A program made the position numbers and the translations under genes. Positions 46,979 through 56,978 of a stretch of DNA of 64,000 nucleotides are shown here, one piece after another. The notes under the pieces are model-generated. The model did not search any database. It saw only the letters and a program-made list of their open reading frames with translations, and was not told the DNA's origin. The stretch is from a bacterium. GTDB taxonomy: Bacteria > JADJOY01. Positions within the stretch are counted from its first letter, which is position 1; each line of letters starts with the position of its first letter. The DNA is taken from NCBI GenBank assembly GCA_046331705.1, contig JAXLQJ010000014.1, forward strand, positions 1 through 64,000, read 5' to 3'.

Positions 46979-47566
46979 ATGCGGGCAGGTCAGGACTTCA
47001 CCAGCTTGGCCACCTACTTCGGCGGCCTCGCAGGTTGGTTGGCGCTCGGCTTCATCTTCCTCGCAGGTTTCAACCCCACTCTCGGCCTCGTCGGCGTCGT
47101 CTTCTTTCACAAGACCATCTATTGCGGGTTCGCGCTGGCCGCGAGCATCTTCACCGCGTTCATCATCTACGCCTCGCGCGAGCGCATCGAGAACTACTAC
47201 TTTCCGGCGCGCGGCTTCGAGGAGTCGGGGCGCACGCTCAAGGCGACGGCGCTCAACATCTGGCCGGTGTTCCTCGGCTCGTGCGCGTGCCTGCTGATCT
47301 ACCTCTACGCGTACGAAGGGCTGAACGGCGTGATCGCCGGAACCCCGCCCACCGCCGAGCAGCGGCAGGCGAGCATCCTGCTGCTGCTCCCCTACACGCT
47401 GGCGTTCGCGGGCTTCACGGCCACCAGCGCCTTGATCGCCATCAAGGAGGCGATCCGCGCCAGTCGCATCGCCTTCGGCCTCGAAGAGGCGGAGGGCGCG
47501 ACCACCGAGCTCACGGACCGCGTGCTGCGAGGCTCGTCGGCGGTGGGCTCGCGCGCGCTGCGCTGA
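46979..47566 (+). CDS. Hypothetical 4-TM membrane protein
   Basis: Four hydrophobic segments, strong RBS, host-like codon usage. Confidence 0.7.
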   Translation: MRAGQDFTSLATYFGGLAGWLALGFIFLAGFNPTLGLVGVVFFHKTIYCGFALAASIFTAFIIYASRERIENYYFPARGFEESGRTLKATALNIWPVFLGSCACLLIYLYAYEGLNGVIAGTPPTAEQRQASILLLLPYTLAFAGFTATSALIAIKEAIRASRIAFGLEEAEGATTELTDRVLRGSSAVGSRALR

Positions 47567-47576
47567 ACGAATCCCT

Positions 47577-47828
47577 TCAGCGGACCTTGCCGAGCGAATC
47601 TTCCTCGAAGAAGTACATCACGATCGACGCCCGGCGGACCTTGAGCCGGCGGGTGCGCGCCATGTTCGTGGAACCGGTGCGGTCGTACACGGTGCAATCG
47701 AAGAGGTCGAGATAAGGATCCGCGCCGGTGGTGGGGATGACGTCGTCGTTTTCCGTCATCCGCACCCGGCCCTTGATCTTGAACTCGTCGGTGAAGAGGA
47801 TCAGGTCGCGTCCTTCGATTTCCGCCAT
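47577..47828 (-). CDS. Small hypothetical protein (beta-rich, DUF6812-like)
   Basis: 83 aa, host-like codon usage, AGGTG RBS, follows tlyA; family call tentative. Confidence 0.6.
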   Translation of the reverse strand: MAEIEGRDLILFTDEFKIKGRVRMTENDDVIPTTGADPYLDLFDCTVYDRTGSTNMARTRRLKVRRASIVMYFFEEDSLGKVR

Positions 47829-47831
47829 CGC

Positions 47832-48599
47832 TCACCTTTCCTGAGTCTCGGCGGCCGCCTGCCGCCGTTCGAGTCGAAGCAAGAACTCGCGATTTCCCTT
47901 GCTGCCGCGCAGGGGGCTTTCGAGCGCTTCCGACGGCTGGAAGCCCGACGCGCGCGCCGCCGAGCGTACGCGCTCGATCGCGTCGCTGCACGCCTGTGGA
48001 TCGCGCACGATGCCGCCCTTGCCGACCCGCGCCGGCTCGAGCTCGAAATTGGGCTTCACCAGCACGATCGCCTCGCGGATCGAGCCGATGCGCGCGAGGT
48101 GCGGCAGCACCTTGCTGAGGCCGATGAACGACACGTCGACGACCGCCAGGTCGGGCGCCGGCACCAGCATCGCCGGTGCGAGCTCGCTCACGTGCGTGCC
48201 CTCGAGCGAGCGCACCCGCGGGTCGTTCCGGAGCCGCCAATCGAGCTGCCCGTGGCCGACGTCCACCGCGTGGCTGAACCGCGCGCCGCGCCGGAGCAGG
48301 CAATCGGTGAAACCGCCCGTCGAGGCGCCCACGTCCAGCACCACCCGGTCGCGCACGTCGACGCGGAAATGGTCGAGCGCGGCTGCGAGCTTGAGGCCGC
48401 CGCGCCCCACGTACGGATGATCCGGCTCGGCGAGGCGCAGCGCGGCATCGGCCGCGACGAGATCGCCGGCCTTGTCGACGCGCCGCTCGCCGCAGAAGAC
48501 CTGGCCCGCCAGGATCAGGGCACGAGCGCGCTCGCGCGACGCGACGAGCCCGCGCTCCACGAGCCACACGTCCGCTCGCGTGCGCGCGCCCCGCGTCAT
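47832..48599 (-). CDS. tlyA: TlyA family RNA methyltransferase
   Basis: S4 domain RADVWLVERGL; YVGRGGLKL, LDVGASTGGFTDCLL, DVSFI, GSKGNREF. Confidence 0.95.
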   Translation of the reverse strand: MTRGARTRADVWLVERGLVASRERARALILAGQVFCGERRVDKAGDLVAADAALRLAEPDHPYVGRGGLKLAAALDHFRVDVRDRVVLDVGASTGGFTDCLLRRGARFSHAVDVGHGQLDWRLRNDPRVRSLEGTHVSELAPAMLVPAPDLAVVDVSFIGLSKVLPHLARIGSIREAIVLVKPNFELEPARVGKGGIVRDPQACSDAIERVRSAARASGFQPSEALESPLRGSKGNREFLLRLERRQAAAETQER

Positions 48600-49504
48600 C
48601 GCTCCCGCTCGACCACGAAGCGGGCGAGCGCCACCAGCGGCGCCGCGGCCGCTCCGAAGCGCCCGACCGCCGCGCTCGCCGCGTCACAGAGCTCGCGTGC
48701 GCGCCGCCGCGAGCCCTCCACACCCAGCAGCGCCGGAAACGTGGTCTTGCCACGCGCGCCGTCCTTGGCCGAGCGCTTGCCCAGCACCGCCGTCGAGGCG
48801 GTCACGTCCAGCACGTCGTCGGCGATCTGGAACGCGAGCCCGAGCATGCGCCCGTACGCAGCGAGCACCTCGACCTCGTCGGGCGATCCTCCGCCGAGGC
48901 GCGCGCCGACGCGCGCCGCGACCTCGATCAGCGCCCCGGTCTTCATCGCGTGCATGTGCTCGAGCGCGGCCTGATCGACCGCGCGCCCCTGATTCACCAT
49001 GTCGGTGACCTGACCACCGACCATGCCGGCCACACCCGCGGCCGTGGCCACGTCGCGGACCACGCTCAGCACGGTCTCGGCGTCCACCCGCGGATTCGCG
49101 ACCGGCGTGGCGAGCAGCGAGAACGCCTCGGTGATGAGCCCGTCCCCCGCGAGGATCGCGAGCGCCTCGCCGAAGACCTTGTGGCTGGTCGGCCGGCCAC
49201 GCCGGAGGTCGTCGTCGTCCATGCACGGCAGATCGTCGTGGATCAGGCTGTAGGTGTGGACCATCTCGATCGCGAGCGCCGCGCCGATGGCGTCGCTTTC
49301 CCGGCCGCCGACGATCTCGCAGGCGGCGAGGACCAGGATCGGCCTGAGCCGCTTTCCGGGCGTTTCCAGCGAGTACCGCACCGCTTCGACCAGCTCGCGC
49401 GGCGCGGCGCCGAGGCGGGTGCCGACGTAGCTCGCGAAGCCCGCCTCCACCGTGGCTCGCTTCTGCGCGAGGTAAGACGCGAGGTCGAAGTCCGAGCCGG
49501 TCAC
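48596..49504 (-). CDS. ispA: Farnesyl diphosphate synthase (polyprenyl synthetase)
   Basis: GKRLRP, SLIHDDLPCMDDDDLRRG, GMVGGQ, KTGAL, AFQIADDVLD. Confidence 0.93.
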   Translation of the reverse strand: MTGSDFDLASYLAQKRATVEAGFASYVGTRLGAAPRELVEAVRYSLETPGKRLRPILVLAACEIVGGRESDAIGAALAIEMVHTYSLIHDDLPCMDDDDLRRGRPTSHKVFGEALAILAGDGLITEAFSLLATPVANPRVDAETVLSVVRDVATAAGVAGMVGGQVTDMVNQGRAVDQAALEHMHAMKTGALIEVAARVGARLGGGSPDEVEVLAAYGRMLGLAFQIADDVLDVTASTAVLGKRSAKDGARGKTTFPALLGVEGSRRRARELCDAASAAVGRFGAAAAPLVALARFVVERER

Positions 49505-49782
49505 GAGCTGCCCTCGCGCCCATCCAGCTCGCCGAGCGGCTCGGTCCGCAGCTCGCCCGAGCGCCCCGTGCCTTGCCCCAGGAGCACCTCGATCCGAGCC
49601 TCGGCGCGATCGAGCAGCGCCTGGCAGTGCTTGGCGAGCCGGCTGCCCTCCTCGAAGAGCGCCAGCGACTCCTCGAGCGGCAAGCTCGGATCCTCCATTC
49701 GCTGCACGATCTCGCGCAAGCGTTGCTGCGCCGCCTCGAAGCTGAGCTCGGGCGCGGTCGACTCCCCTGGCCGTTGGGTCAT
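49501..49782 (-). CDS. xseB: Exodeoxyribonuclease VII small subunit
   Basis: SFEAAQQRLREIVQRME..LPLEESLALFEEG..CQALLDRAEARI. Confidence 0.93.
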   Translation of the reverse strand: MTQRPGESTAPELSFEAAQQRLREIVQRMEDPSLPLEESLALFEEGSRLAKHCQALLDRAEARIEVLLGQGTGRSGELRTEPLGELDGREGSS

Positions 49783-51143
49783 GCGGATCCTCGCTTCGCT
49801 TCGTCGTCCACGACGCGCGCGCCGAAACGGCCGCGCGCCACCGTCACCTCGATGAGCACTCCCTCGCGCACCTCGCGTGGATCGCGGATCACGGCGCCGC
49901 CGGCGCTTCGCACCACCGCGAACCCGCGTTCCAGCACCGCCTCCGGCCCGAGCGCGTCGAGGCGGCCGGTGAGCGCGCGCAGATCGGCTCCACACGCGGC
50001 CAGCGTGCGGCGCGCGGCGGCAGCGAGCCGCTCCCGCGCCGCGGCGAGGCGCTCGGCGGCGAGCTCGATGCGACGGCGCGGGCCGGCCGCCAGCCAGCGT
50101 CCCTCGAGGGCAGCGAGCGCGTCGCGAGCCGCTGCCGTGCGGCGCCGCGCGGCACGCTCGATCCGCTCGCTCCATTCGTCGACCCGCTGCCGGCGATCTC
50201 CGACCCAGCGCACCAGACGAGCGGGCGTCGGCGCGAGGTGCTCGACCGCCAGCCTGCCCTCGCGCACGCGGCGGCGCATCACCAGCGCGAGCGACGTCAT
50301 CGCGTCGTCGATCTCGGCCGAGAGCGCGGCGCGGTCCGGCACCACCAGCTCGGCGGCCGCGGAGGGCGTCGGCGCCCGCAGATCGGCGACGAAATCCGCG
50401 ATGGTCACGTCGGTCTCGTGGCCCACGGCGGACACCACCGGCACGCGCGACGCGACGATCGCCCGCGCCACCGCCTCCTCGTTGAAGGCCCACAGATCCT
50501 CGAGCGATCCGCCGCCGCGCCCGACGATCATCACGTCCACCCGGCCCGACCGCGAGAGCCACTCGATCGCAGCGGCGATCTCGGCGGCGGCCCCTTCCCC
50601 CTGCACGCGCACCGGCACCAGCAGGATCTCCACGTTCGGGAAGCGCCGCCGCGCGACGGTCACGATGTCGCGGATGACGGCGCCGGTGCGCGAGGTGACC
50701 ACACCCACGCGGCGCGGCAGTCGCGGCAACGCGCGCTTGCGCGCCGGATCGAAGAGCCCCTCCGCGGCAAGCCGGCGCTTGAGCTGTTCGAAGGCCAGCA
50801 TCAACGCGCCCAGGCCGGCGGGCTCGAGCGCCTCGACGATCATCTGCAGATCGCCGCGCGCCGGATAGACGGTCACCCGGCCGCGCGCCACCACCTTGAG
50901 GCCGTTCTCGGGAACGAAGCGAAGTCGCGTGCGCACGTTGCGAAAGAGCGCCGCGCGCAACGCCGACCGATCGTCCTTGAGCGAGAAGTAGAGGTGGCCG
51001 GAGGACGGGCTCGAGAGGTTCGAGATCTCGCCCTCCACGGACACCACCGCGAACTCGGATTCGAGACGCGCCCGCACGCGCTCGAGCAGCGCCGTCACCG
51101 AGAACGGCGCCGCCGTGCCGAGCTCAGCCTCGAAGAACGCCAT
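49779..51143 (-). CDS. xseA: Exodeoxyribonuclease VII large subunit
   Basis: VEGEISN, SGHLYFSLKD, RGGGSLEDLWAFNEE, SAVGHETD, DLRAPTPSAAAE; start at ATG 51143. Confidence 0.95.
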   Translation of the reverse strand: MAFFEAELGTAAPFSVTALLERVRARLESEFAVVSVEGEISNLSSPSSGHLYFSLKDDRSALRAALFRNVRTRLRFVPENGLKVVARGRVTVYPARGDLQMIVEALEPAGLGALMLAFEQLKRRLAAEGLFDPARKRALPRLPRRVGVVTSRTGAVIRDIVTVARRRFPNVEILLVPVRVQGEGAAAEIAAAIEWLSRSGRVDVMIVGRGGGSLEDLWAFNEEAVARAIVASRVPVVSAVGHETDVTIADFVADLRAPTPSAAAELVVPDRAALSAEIDDAMTSLALVMRRRVREGRLAVEHLAPTPARLVRWVGDRRQRVDEWSERIERAARRRTAAARDALAALEGRWLAAGPRRRIELAAERLAAARERLAAAARRTLAACGADLRALTGRLDALGPEAVLERGFAVVRSAGGAVIRDPREVREGVLIEVTVARGRFGARVVDDEAKRGSA

Positions 51144-51190
51144 GGCGCCGCAAAGATACATGCCGCCCGAAGGCCGCTGGAACAGCGCCC

Positions 51191-52555
51191 TCAGCCGCCG
51201 TGCGCCTTGCGCCACACGGCGGCGGGCAGATCCGGCAGGCTGGCGATCAGCTGCCACCACGAGAAGCTGCCCGAGTACGGGATCATCTCCGCCAGATAGG
51301 CCAGCATGAGCACCCCGTTCCAGGCGACGCAGAGCGCGATCGCGACCGCGAGCGAGCGCGCGCCGATGCGCTTGGCGGGCCCGTCCAGGAACGCCGCGAG
51401 CGCGACCGCGAAGAACGGGAAGAGACAGATGAAGCCACGGTGCCCGAAGCTGTGGCCGAGCCACCACTGCTCCCAGGCGGCGTTCGCCCACCACAGGAGC
51501 GCCGCCCAGGCGAGCAGCGCCCGCCCCCAGAGCGGCGCGCGGCGCAGCAACGTGGGCACTCCCGCGAGCGCCAGGACGAGCAGCGGGCTCCACACCAAGA
51601 GGCCGTGACGCGACGCGAACAACACGCTGAAGAGCCGCGGCGTGAAGAGGTGCGTGAAGCCCTCCCCCTCGTAGGCATCGACCCACCACGCGCCGTACAC
51701 GATGCGCCACGCGACGAGTTGCGGTGCGAAGCCGACGATCCAGCCCAGCGCGAACGCCGCAACCGCACGGCGCGATCCACTTCCGCGGCGCTGCGCGTCG
51801 TCCGCGAGGAGCGCCGCCGGCACGACCAGGAACAGCACGCCCGTCAGCCGAACCGTCGCCGCCAAGCCTGCCGCGACGCCGGCGACGAGCCAGCGACGGC
51901 CGGAGTCGGACACCGCCCACGCGCGCTCGCTCGCGAGCGCGGCGAGCGCGAGCATCGCGAACGAATCGAGGTGCGAGAGAAACGGCTCGCGCACGAAGTA
52001 GTAGAGGACGTTGGTTCCGACCGCCAGCAGCGTCACCGCCCAGGCGCTCGCGCGCGGGCTCGCGAGGGTGAGCGCCAGACGATGGGCGGCGACGAGACCG
52101 AGCCAGCCCCAGAAGATCGAGGAGAGCGCGAGCGCGGCGCGATCGAGCGGGGTCCAGCCCTGCTCCGCCTCGACTCCCGTGGCGCCGGCGAGCACGTCCA
52201 GCGCCCGCGCCGCGGCGTAGAAGGGCGTCGCCAGCAGCGATACCCCGACCCCGTACTTGTCGGGTCGATGACCGGTCGCCGTGCGCTGATCCGCGCCCGG
52301 CAGCTCGCCCGGATGCACCGCGTCGATCTCGTCGCCGAAATCGAGGTCGCCGTCGCCGAGGAAGCTGCGAACCCACAGCGAGTAGCCGATCCCGTCCACT
52401 CCGTGGATCACCTTGCGTGCCGGATCGACCCGGAACGCGAGGAACAGGAACGAAGCGGCCACCAGCGCCGCTCCCGCGCCCCACGCGAGATAGAGGAGCG
52501 CATCCGCGCGCCGCGCACGCGCGGCGTTCGCGCCGGGATCGGCGAGGGCGCTCAC
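51191..52555 (-). CDS. GT-C-fold (PMT-like) multi-pass membrane glycosyltransferase
   Basis: DGIGYSLWVRSFLGDGDLDF loop after TM1, many TM helices, HGLLVWSP, WWLGHSFGHR. Confidence 0.7.
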   Translation of the reverse strand: MSALADPGANAARARRADALLYLAWGAGAALVAASFLFLAFRVDPARKVIHGVDGIGYSLWVRSFLGDGDLDFGDEIDAVHPGELPGADQRTATGHRPDKYGVGVSLLATPFYAAARALDVLAGATGVEAEQGWTPLDRAALALSSIFWGWLGLVAAHRLALTLASPRASAWAVTLLAVGTNVLYYFVREPFLSHLDSFAMLALAALASERAWAVSDSGRRWLVAGVAAGLAATVRLTGVLFLVVPAALLADDAQRRGSGSRRAVAAFALGWIVGFAPQLVAWRIVYGAWWVDAYEGEGFTHLFTPRLFSVLFASRHGLLVWSPLLVLALAGVPTLLRRAPLWGRALLAWAALLWWANAAWEQWWLGHSFGHRGFICLFPFFAVALAAFLDGPAKRIGARSLAVAIALCVAWNGVLMLAYLAEMIPYSGSFSWWQLIASLPDLPAAVWRKAHGG

Positions 52556-52559
52556 GCTG

Positions 52560-54470
52560 TCATTCCACGCGCAGCGGCCGACCGGCCTGGATCTCGGCGA
52601 GCGCCGCGGCGGCCTCCCGATCCTGCGGCTCGACCTTCAACGCGTCCTCGAGCTCGCGGACGGCATCCTTCTCGCGGCCCGTGCGGTAGTAGACGAACGC
52701 GAGCGCACGATGGCCCGCGGAATCCCAGAACCAGCGATGCACCGACTCGAGGAACGCGCTCTCCGCCTTCCCGAGATCGCCCTTCAGGAAGTAGATGCGT
52801 CCGATGCGCAGGAAGGTCTCGGGATGGACCACCTTGCGCGCCGCGTTGGTCTGGAAGATCTCGAGCGCGCGGTCGTAGTCACGCTGCGCGAGCCGCACCT
52901 CGCCCACCTGGTGCCACGCCGCGGCGGTCAGCCGATCGTCGGGCGAGCGCGCGGCGATCACTCGATCGAGCTCGGCGAGCGCCAGATCGTACTTCCCCTG
53001 GATCCGGTAGAGGCTGGCGCGATCGATCCGATACTCGACGAGCTCGGGGTTGAGCTCGAGGGCGCGTTCGTAGTGGGCGAGCGCCGCGTCGATCTGGCCG
53101 CGCTGCGCGAGCGCCGTGGCGAGGTTCCCGTGGGGACGCGCCTTGTCGGGCGATTTCCGGACCGTATCGCTCCACAGCGCCAGCGGCGACGCCCACACCC
53201 GATTGCGCGACACCGTGCCGATCGCGAGGCACGTCACGAGCGCCAGCGTCGCCGCGCTCGCCGGCCGCGACCACCGCGCATGCGTCGCGATCCGCGCCAG
53301 CGCCCAGCCGGCGAGGATCGCCGGGCCCGCCATCGCGAGGTAGAGCCGCCGCTCGGCGATGAAGTCCTGGAGCGGGATCAGCGAGGTGGGCGCGAGCGCC
53401 ATCAGGAACCAGCCCACGGCGAGCGTGACCAGCGGCACCCGGCGGTTCGCGAGCCAAGCGCCCAGCATCGAGAGGACGAGCGCGCCGGCGCCGACTCGCT
53501 CGCGCCACGTCCACGCTCGCGCGAGGGGAATCGACGGATCGACGTTGAGATTGACCGGTAGCAGCGCGAGCTGCGGGTAGCGCAGCCACACGCCGAGCTC
53601 GGTGCGCCAATGATCGAGCACGGACCACGTGATGTCGGGAGTGCGGACGGCGTGCTGGATCATGATCCGAACCGCTGCCGCCGCCGCGAGCAAGCCGAGA
53701 TGAGGCGCCACGCCGCGCAACGAGTCGCGCCACGCCCGCGTCCGCCCCGGGCGGCGCGCGAGCGTGCGATCGACGAGCACCAGCAGGAACGGAGTGGCGA
53801 GCGCGATCTCCTTGGTGGCCATGGCCGCGACGAACCAGGCCAGCCCGAGCCCACGCCAGATCGTGCGCGTGGCGCCGCGGGTCTCGAGCTCACGCAAGTA
53901 GGTGAGCACGGCAGCGAGCATGAAGCTCGTCGAGAGCACGCTCGAGCGACTCGCGACGTAGCTCACGGCCTCGGTCTGCACCGGATGCAGCGCGAAGAAT
54001 GCGGCCGCCAGCCACGCCGCGCGCTCGCTCGAATGACGCGAGTCGTCCGGGACGACCCGCGCCAGCGCCGCGCGCGCGAATCCCAGCACCAGCAGCACGT
54101 TGAGCGCGTGCAGCGCGACGTTGACGAGGTGGTAGCCGAACGGATCGAGCCCGCCGAGCTCGTAGTTGGCCGCGAAGCTCAACATCAGGAGCGGGCGGTG
54201 GAATTGCTGGGAGATGTAGCCCCAGAACGCCGAGAACCCGCGAATGCCCAGGTTGTCGCGCACCGTGTGGAGATCGTCGTAGACGAACTCGCCCCACAGC
54301 GAGCTCCAGTAGGTGACGAAGGTCAGCGCCAGCAGCGCCGCCACCGAGACCCAGCGCGGCACCGTCCCGGTACGACGTGCCTCGGGTGATTCGAGCCAGC
54401 GGCCGAAGCGCGCGGACAGCCGCCCGATCGCAGCGCCGCCGGCGCGGGCGGATTCGCGAACACTCTCCAT
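52560..54470 (-). CDS. TMTC-like membrane protein (GT-C region with DD motif plus C-terminal TPRs)
   Basis: FVYDD, RPL, YHLVNVALHALN, FALHPVQTEAVSYVASRS, KE, ERRLYL, RNRVW..LWSD, TPRs; start at ATG 54470. Confidence 0.85.
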   Translation of the reverse strand: MESVRESARAGGAAIGRLSARFGRWLESPEARRTGTVPRWVSVAALLALTFVTYWSSLWGEFVYDDLHTVRDNLGIRGFSAFWGYISQQFHRPLLMLSFAANYELGGLDPFGYHLVNVALHALNVLLVLGFARAALARVVPDDSRHSSERAAWLAAAFFALHPVQTEAVSYVASRSSVLSTSFMLAAVLTYLRELETRGATRTIWRGLGLAWFVAAMATKEIALATPFLLVLVDRTLARRPGRTRAWRDSLRGVAPHLGLLAAAAAVRIMIQHAVRTPDITWSVLDHWRTELGVWLRYPQLALLPVNLNVDPSIPLARAWTWRERVGAGALVLSMLGAWLANRRVPLVTLAVGWFLMALAPTSLIPLQDFIAERRLYLAMAGPAILAGWALARIATHARWSRPASAATLALVTCLAIGTVSRNRVWASPLALWSDTVRKSPDKARPHGNLATALAQRGQIDAALAHYERALELNPELVEYRIDRASLYRIQGKYDLALAELDRVIAARSPDDRLTAAAWHQVGEVRLAQRDYDRALEIFQTNAARKVVHPETFLRIGRIYFLKGDLGKAESAFLESVHRWFWDSAGHRALAFVYYRTGREKDAVRELEDALKVEPQDREAAAALAEIQAGRPLRVE

Positions 54471-54549
54471 CACCCTCTCATCCCCTTCCACGCTCGCTTG
54501 AAGGGGGGAGGAGCGGAAAGCGAACCGCACGAACGAGCAACGGCGCCGA

Positions 54550-55764
54550 CTATTTCGAACGCGACTCCAGGTCGAGCGAGGCGATCGGAATGGTCCGGGA
54601 GAGAATCCGGTCGCCCATGTCGAGGCGGATGGTGACCAGGTCGCGCGAAGCATCGTGGCCTTCCGCGCGATTCAGACTGTCGGGCTTGAAGCGAAAGCTC
54701 GTCACCCAGCCGAGGAACTGAATCGAGACCGCGACGTCCTTGACCGGGAACTCGAACTGGGCGCGTCCGCCCGAGGGCGTCGAGTCCGCCTGCGCCGCGC
54801 GCTCGGCGGCGGCAGCGGCGGCGGCGCTCGCCGCCTTGAGCTCGGCGCGCAAGGCCGCGCCGTTGCTCATCAGGGTACGGCCCTCGGTGGCGATCGCGAA
54901 CGAGGTGTCGGGGCTCGACGACTTCACGGGCTCGGCGGTGATCACCTCGCTCGGCGCGCCGGCTGAGGCGGCGCCCGTGAGCACCACGCGGAAATCGCCG
55001 ATGCGCACCTCGTCGTCCACCGCCAGCGCCGAGCTCTTCACCTTCTCACCGTTGACGAAGGTGCCGTTGCGGCTGCCGAGGTCCTCGATGGTGAACGAGC
55101 TGCCGGCGCGCTGGACCACCGCGTGGTAGCGCGACACGCCCGCCTTGTTGAGGATGAGGTCGTTGTCGGACGCGCGCCCCATCGAGAACGGCACGTGCTC
55201 GAGGAGCTTCTCGAAACAGAGCTCGCCGGACTGGTAGACGCGAAACACGCGGCGCGGCTCGCCAGCGGGCAGCGGAGTCGGCGGCGGCAAGGTGCCGGCC
55301 GACTCCTCCGAGGGCTCGCTCTTGATGCGCGTGTCCTCGGCGTCGCCGCCCTGGCGCATGGTGTCGCGGAGCCGGCGCGCGGCCGCGCCCCCGACCTCGA
55401 ACGTGCTGCCGGTCGCGGCGGGCGCGTCGTCGCTGGAGTGCCCGGCGCGCACGTCGGCGCGACTCGTGTCCAGCTCGACGAAACGCAGCACGAACTTGCC
55501 GACGGCGATCTCGTCGCCGAGCTGGATGGCCGCGCGCTCGGCGATCTTCTTGCCCCCGATCAGCACGCCGTTGGCGCTGCCCAGGTCGACCACGTGGAAC
55601 TGACCGCCTTCGTCGACGATCTTCGCGTGATGACGCGACACGCTCACGTTGCTCAGCACGATGTCGTTGTCGTCGCGCCGGCCGATCCTCGTCTCGCGTT
55701 GGTTCAGGATCACGCGCTCGACGACTTCGCCCTTCGAGACGATCTCCAAACCCGGCTTGAGCAT
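54550..55764 (-). CDS. Double FHA-domain protein
   Basis: IGRRDDND..VSRHHA..DLGSANG and MGRASDND..VSRYHA..DLGSRNG. Confidence 0.9.
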   Translation of the reverse strand: MLKPGLEIVSKGEVVERVILNQRETRIGRRDDNDIVLSNVSVSRHHAKIVDEGGQFHVVDLGSANGVLIGGKKIAERAAIQLGDEIAVGKFVLRFVELDTSRADVRAGHSSDDAPAATGSTFEVGGAAARRLRDTMRQGGDAEDTRIKSEPSEESAGTLPPPTPLPAGEPRRVFRVYQSGELCFEKLLEHVPFSMGRASDNDLILNKAGVSRYHAVVQRAGSSFTIEDLGSRNGTFVNGEKVKSSALAVDDEVRIGDFRVVLTGAASAGAPSEVITAEPVKSSSPDTSFAIATEGRTLMSNGAALRAELKAASAAAAAAAERAAQADSTPSGGRAQFEFPVKDVAVSIQFLGWVTSFRFKPDSLNRAEGHDASRDLVTIRLDMGDRILSRTIPIASLDLESRSK

Positions 55765-55933
55765 GCGGTGGCTCCCGCTTACGACGAGGTGGCGCGACGT
55801 GGCGCCACCCCGACCCGATGCGAACCGAAGGTCACGCCGACGCGCGCCGAGGCGCTCGCCGCTCGACGCCGAGCGACGGTATCAGAAGCGTCCGAGCCCC
55901 AGCAACCGCCCTCGGCGAGGGGCAGACGCGACC

Positions 55934-56800
55934 TCAAATGCCGATCATGCGGCGGGTGTCCGCGGGGCTCGCCGGCTCGCGGCCCACGTCGCGAACGATT
56001 CGCACCAGCGCCTCCACCAGCTCGCCGTTCGACTTCGCCCGCGATCCGTCCGGCAGGTAGAACGTGTCCTCGAGACCCGTGCGGACGTTGCCGCCCAGCT
56101 CCGCCGTGCGCCGCAAGAGCGGCCACACCTCCTCCCGACCGATCGCGATGGTCTGCCATTCGGTACCGGGGGCCATCTCGTCGATGAGGAGCGGCAGCCA
56201 CTCGGGGCGCGCCGGCATTCCGCTCGCCACCCCCATCACCAGCGATACGTGTGCCGGCGGCTTCAAGAGCCCGACGTCGAGGAACATCTTCACGCTGCGC
56301 ACGATTCCGGTGTCGAAGCACTCGCACTCGGGGATCACGCCCACGCGGTTCATCGCCTCGATGAAGGACTCGACCTTGTCCACGGGGTTGTCGAAGAGCA
56401 GCGGCGGCCACGCCCAGCGGCCATCCGAGCGCGTCTTCAGGTAGTTGAGCGAGCCCGCGTTGAGCGCCGCCATCTCGGGTTTCACCCGCTCCAGGCACGC
56501 CACGGGACCCGAGATGTCGGGCCCCATCACTCCCGTGGTGAGGTTCACGATGATCTCGGGCACCTCCGCGCGCACCGCCGCCACGATCTCGGCGACCACC
56601 TCGGGATCCCACGTGGGCAGGTGCCCCATGCCCGGCTCCTGCATCCGGAAATGGCAGTGCACGATGGTGGCGCCGGCGTCGCGCGCCTGACGCGCCGCGC
56701 GCGCCATCTCCACCGGCGTGACGGGCACGGGGAATTGCTGCGGGTTGGTGAGCACGCCGGTCAGCGCGCAGGTGACGACCGCCTTGTCGTTGCCGCTCAT
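55934..56800 (-). CDS. Beta-keto acid cleavage enzyme (BKACE/DUF849, Kce-like)
   Basis: VVTCALTG, PVTP, AGATIVHCHFR, NLTTG, GSLN, NVRTGLEDT; AGGAG RBS. Confidence 0.92.
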   Translation of the reverse strand: MSGNDKAVVTCALTGVLTNPQQFPVPVTPVEMARAARQARDAGATIVHCHFRMQEPGMGHLPTWDPEVVAEIVAAVRAEVPEIIVNLTTGVMGPDISGPVACLERVKPEMAALNAGSLNYLKTRSDGRWAWPPLLFDNPVDKVESFIEAMNRVGVIPECECFDTGIVRSVKMFLDVGLLKPPAHVSLVMGVASGMPARPEWLPLLIDEMAPGTEWQTIAIGREEVWPLLRRTAELGGNVRTGLEDTFYLPDGSRAKSNGELVEALVRIVRDVGREPASPADTRRMIGI

Positions 56801-56978
56801 GATCACTCCTGGACGGGGAATCGATACGGGACCGAGTCGAAGGACCGTGTTGGACTGCGCGGGCGCTGCCGGTACGGGTTCCCGTCGAAGAGCTGCGGTG
56901 GGCTTCGGCGGCGGGGCAGCGGGCTCGCGTTCGTTCCGACGGCGGCGCTGGGCGTGAAGCGCGGTCGCGAACCGACCT

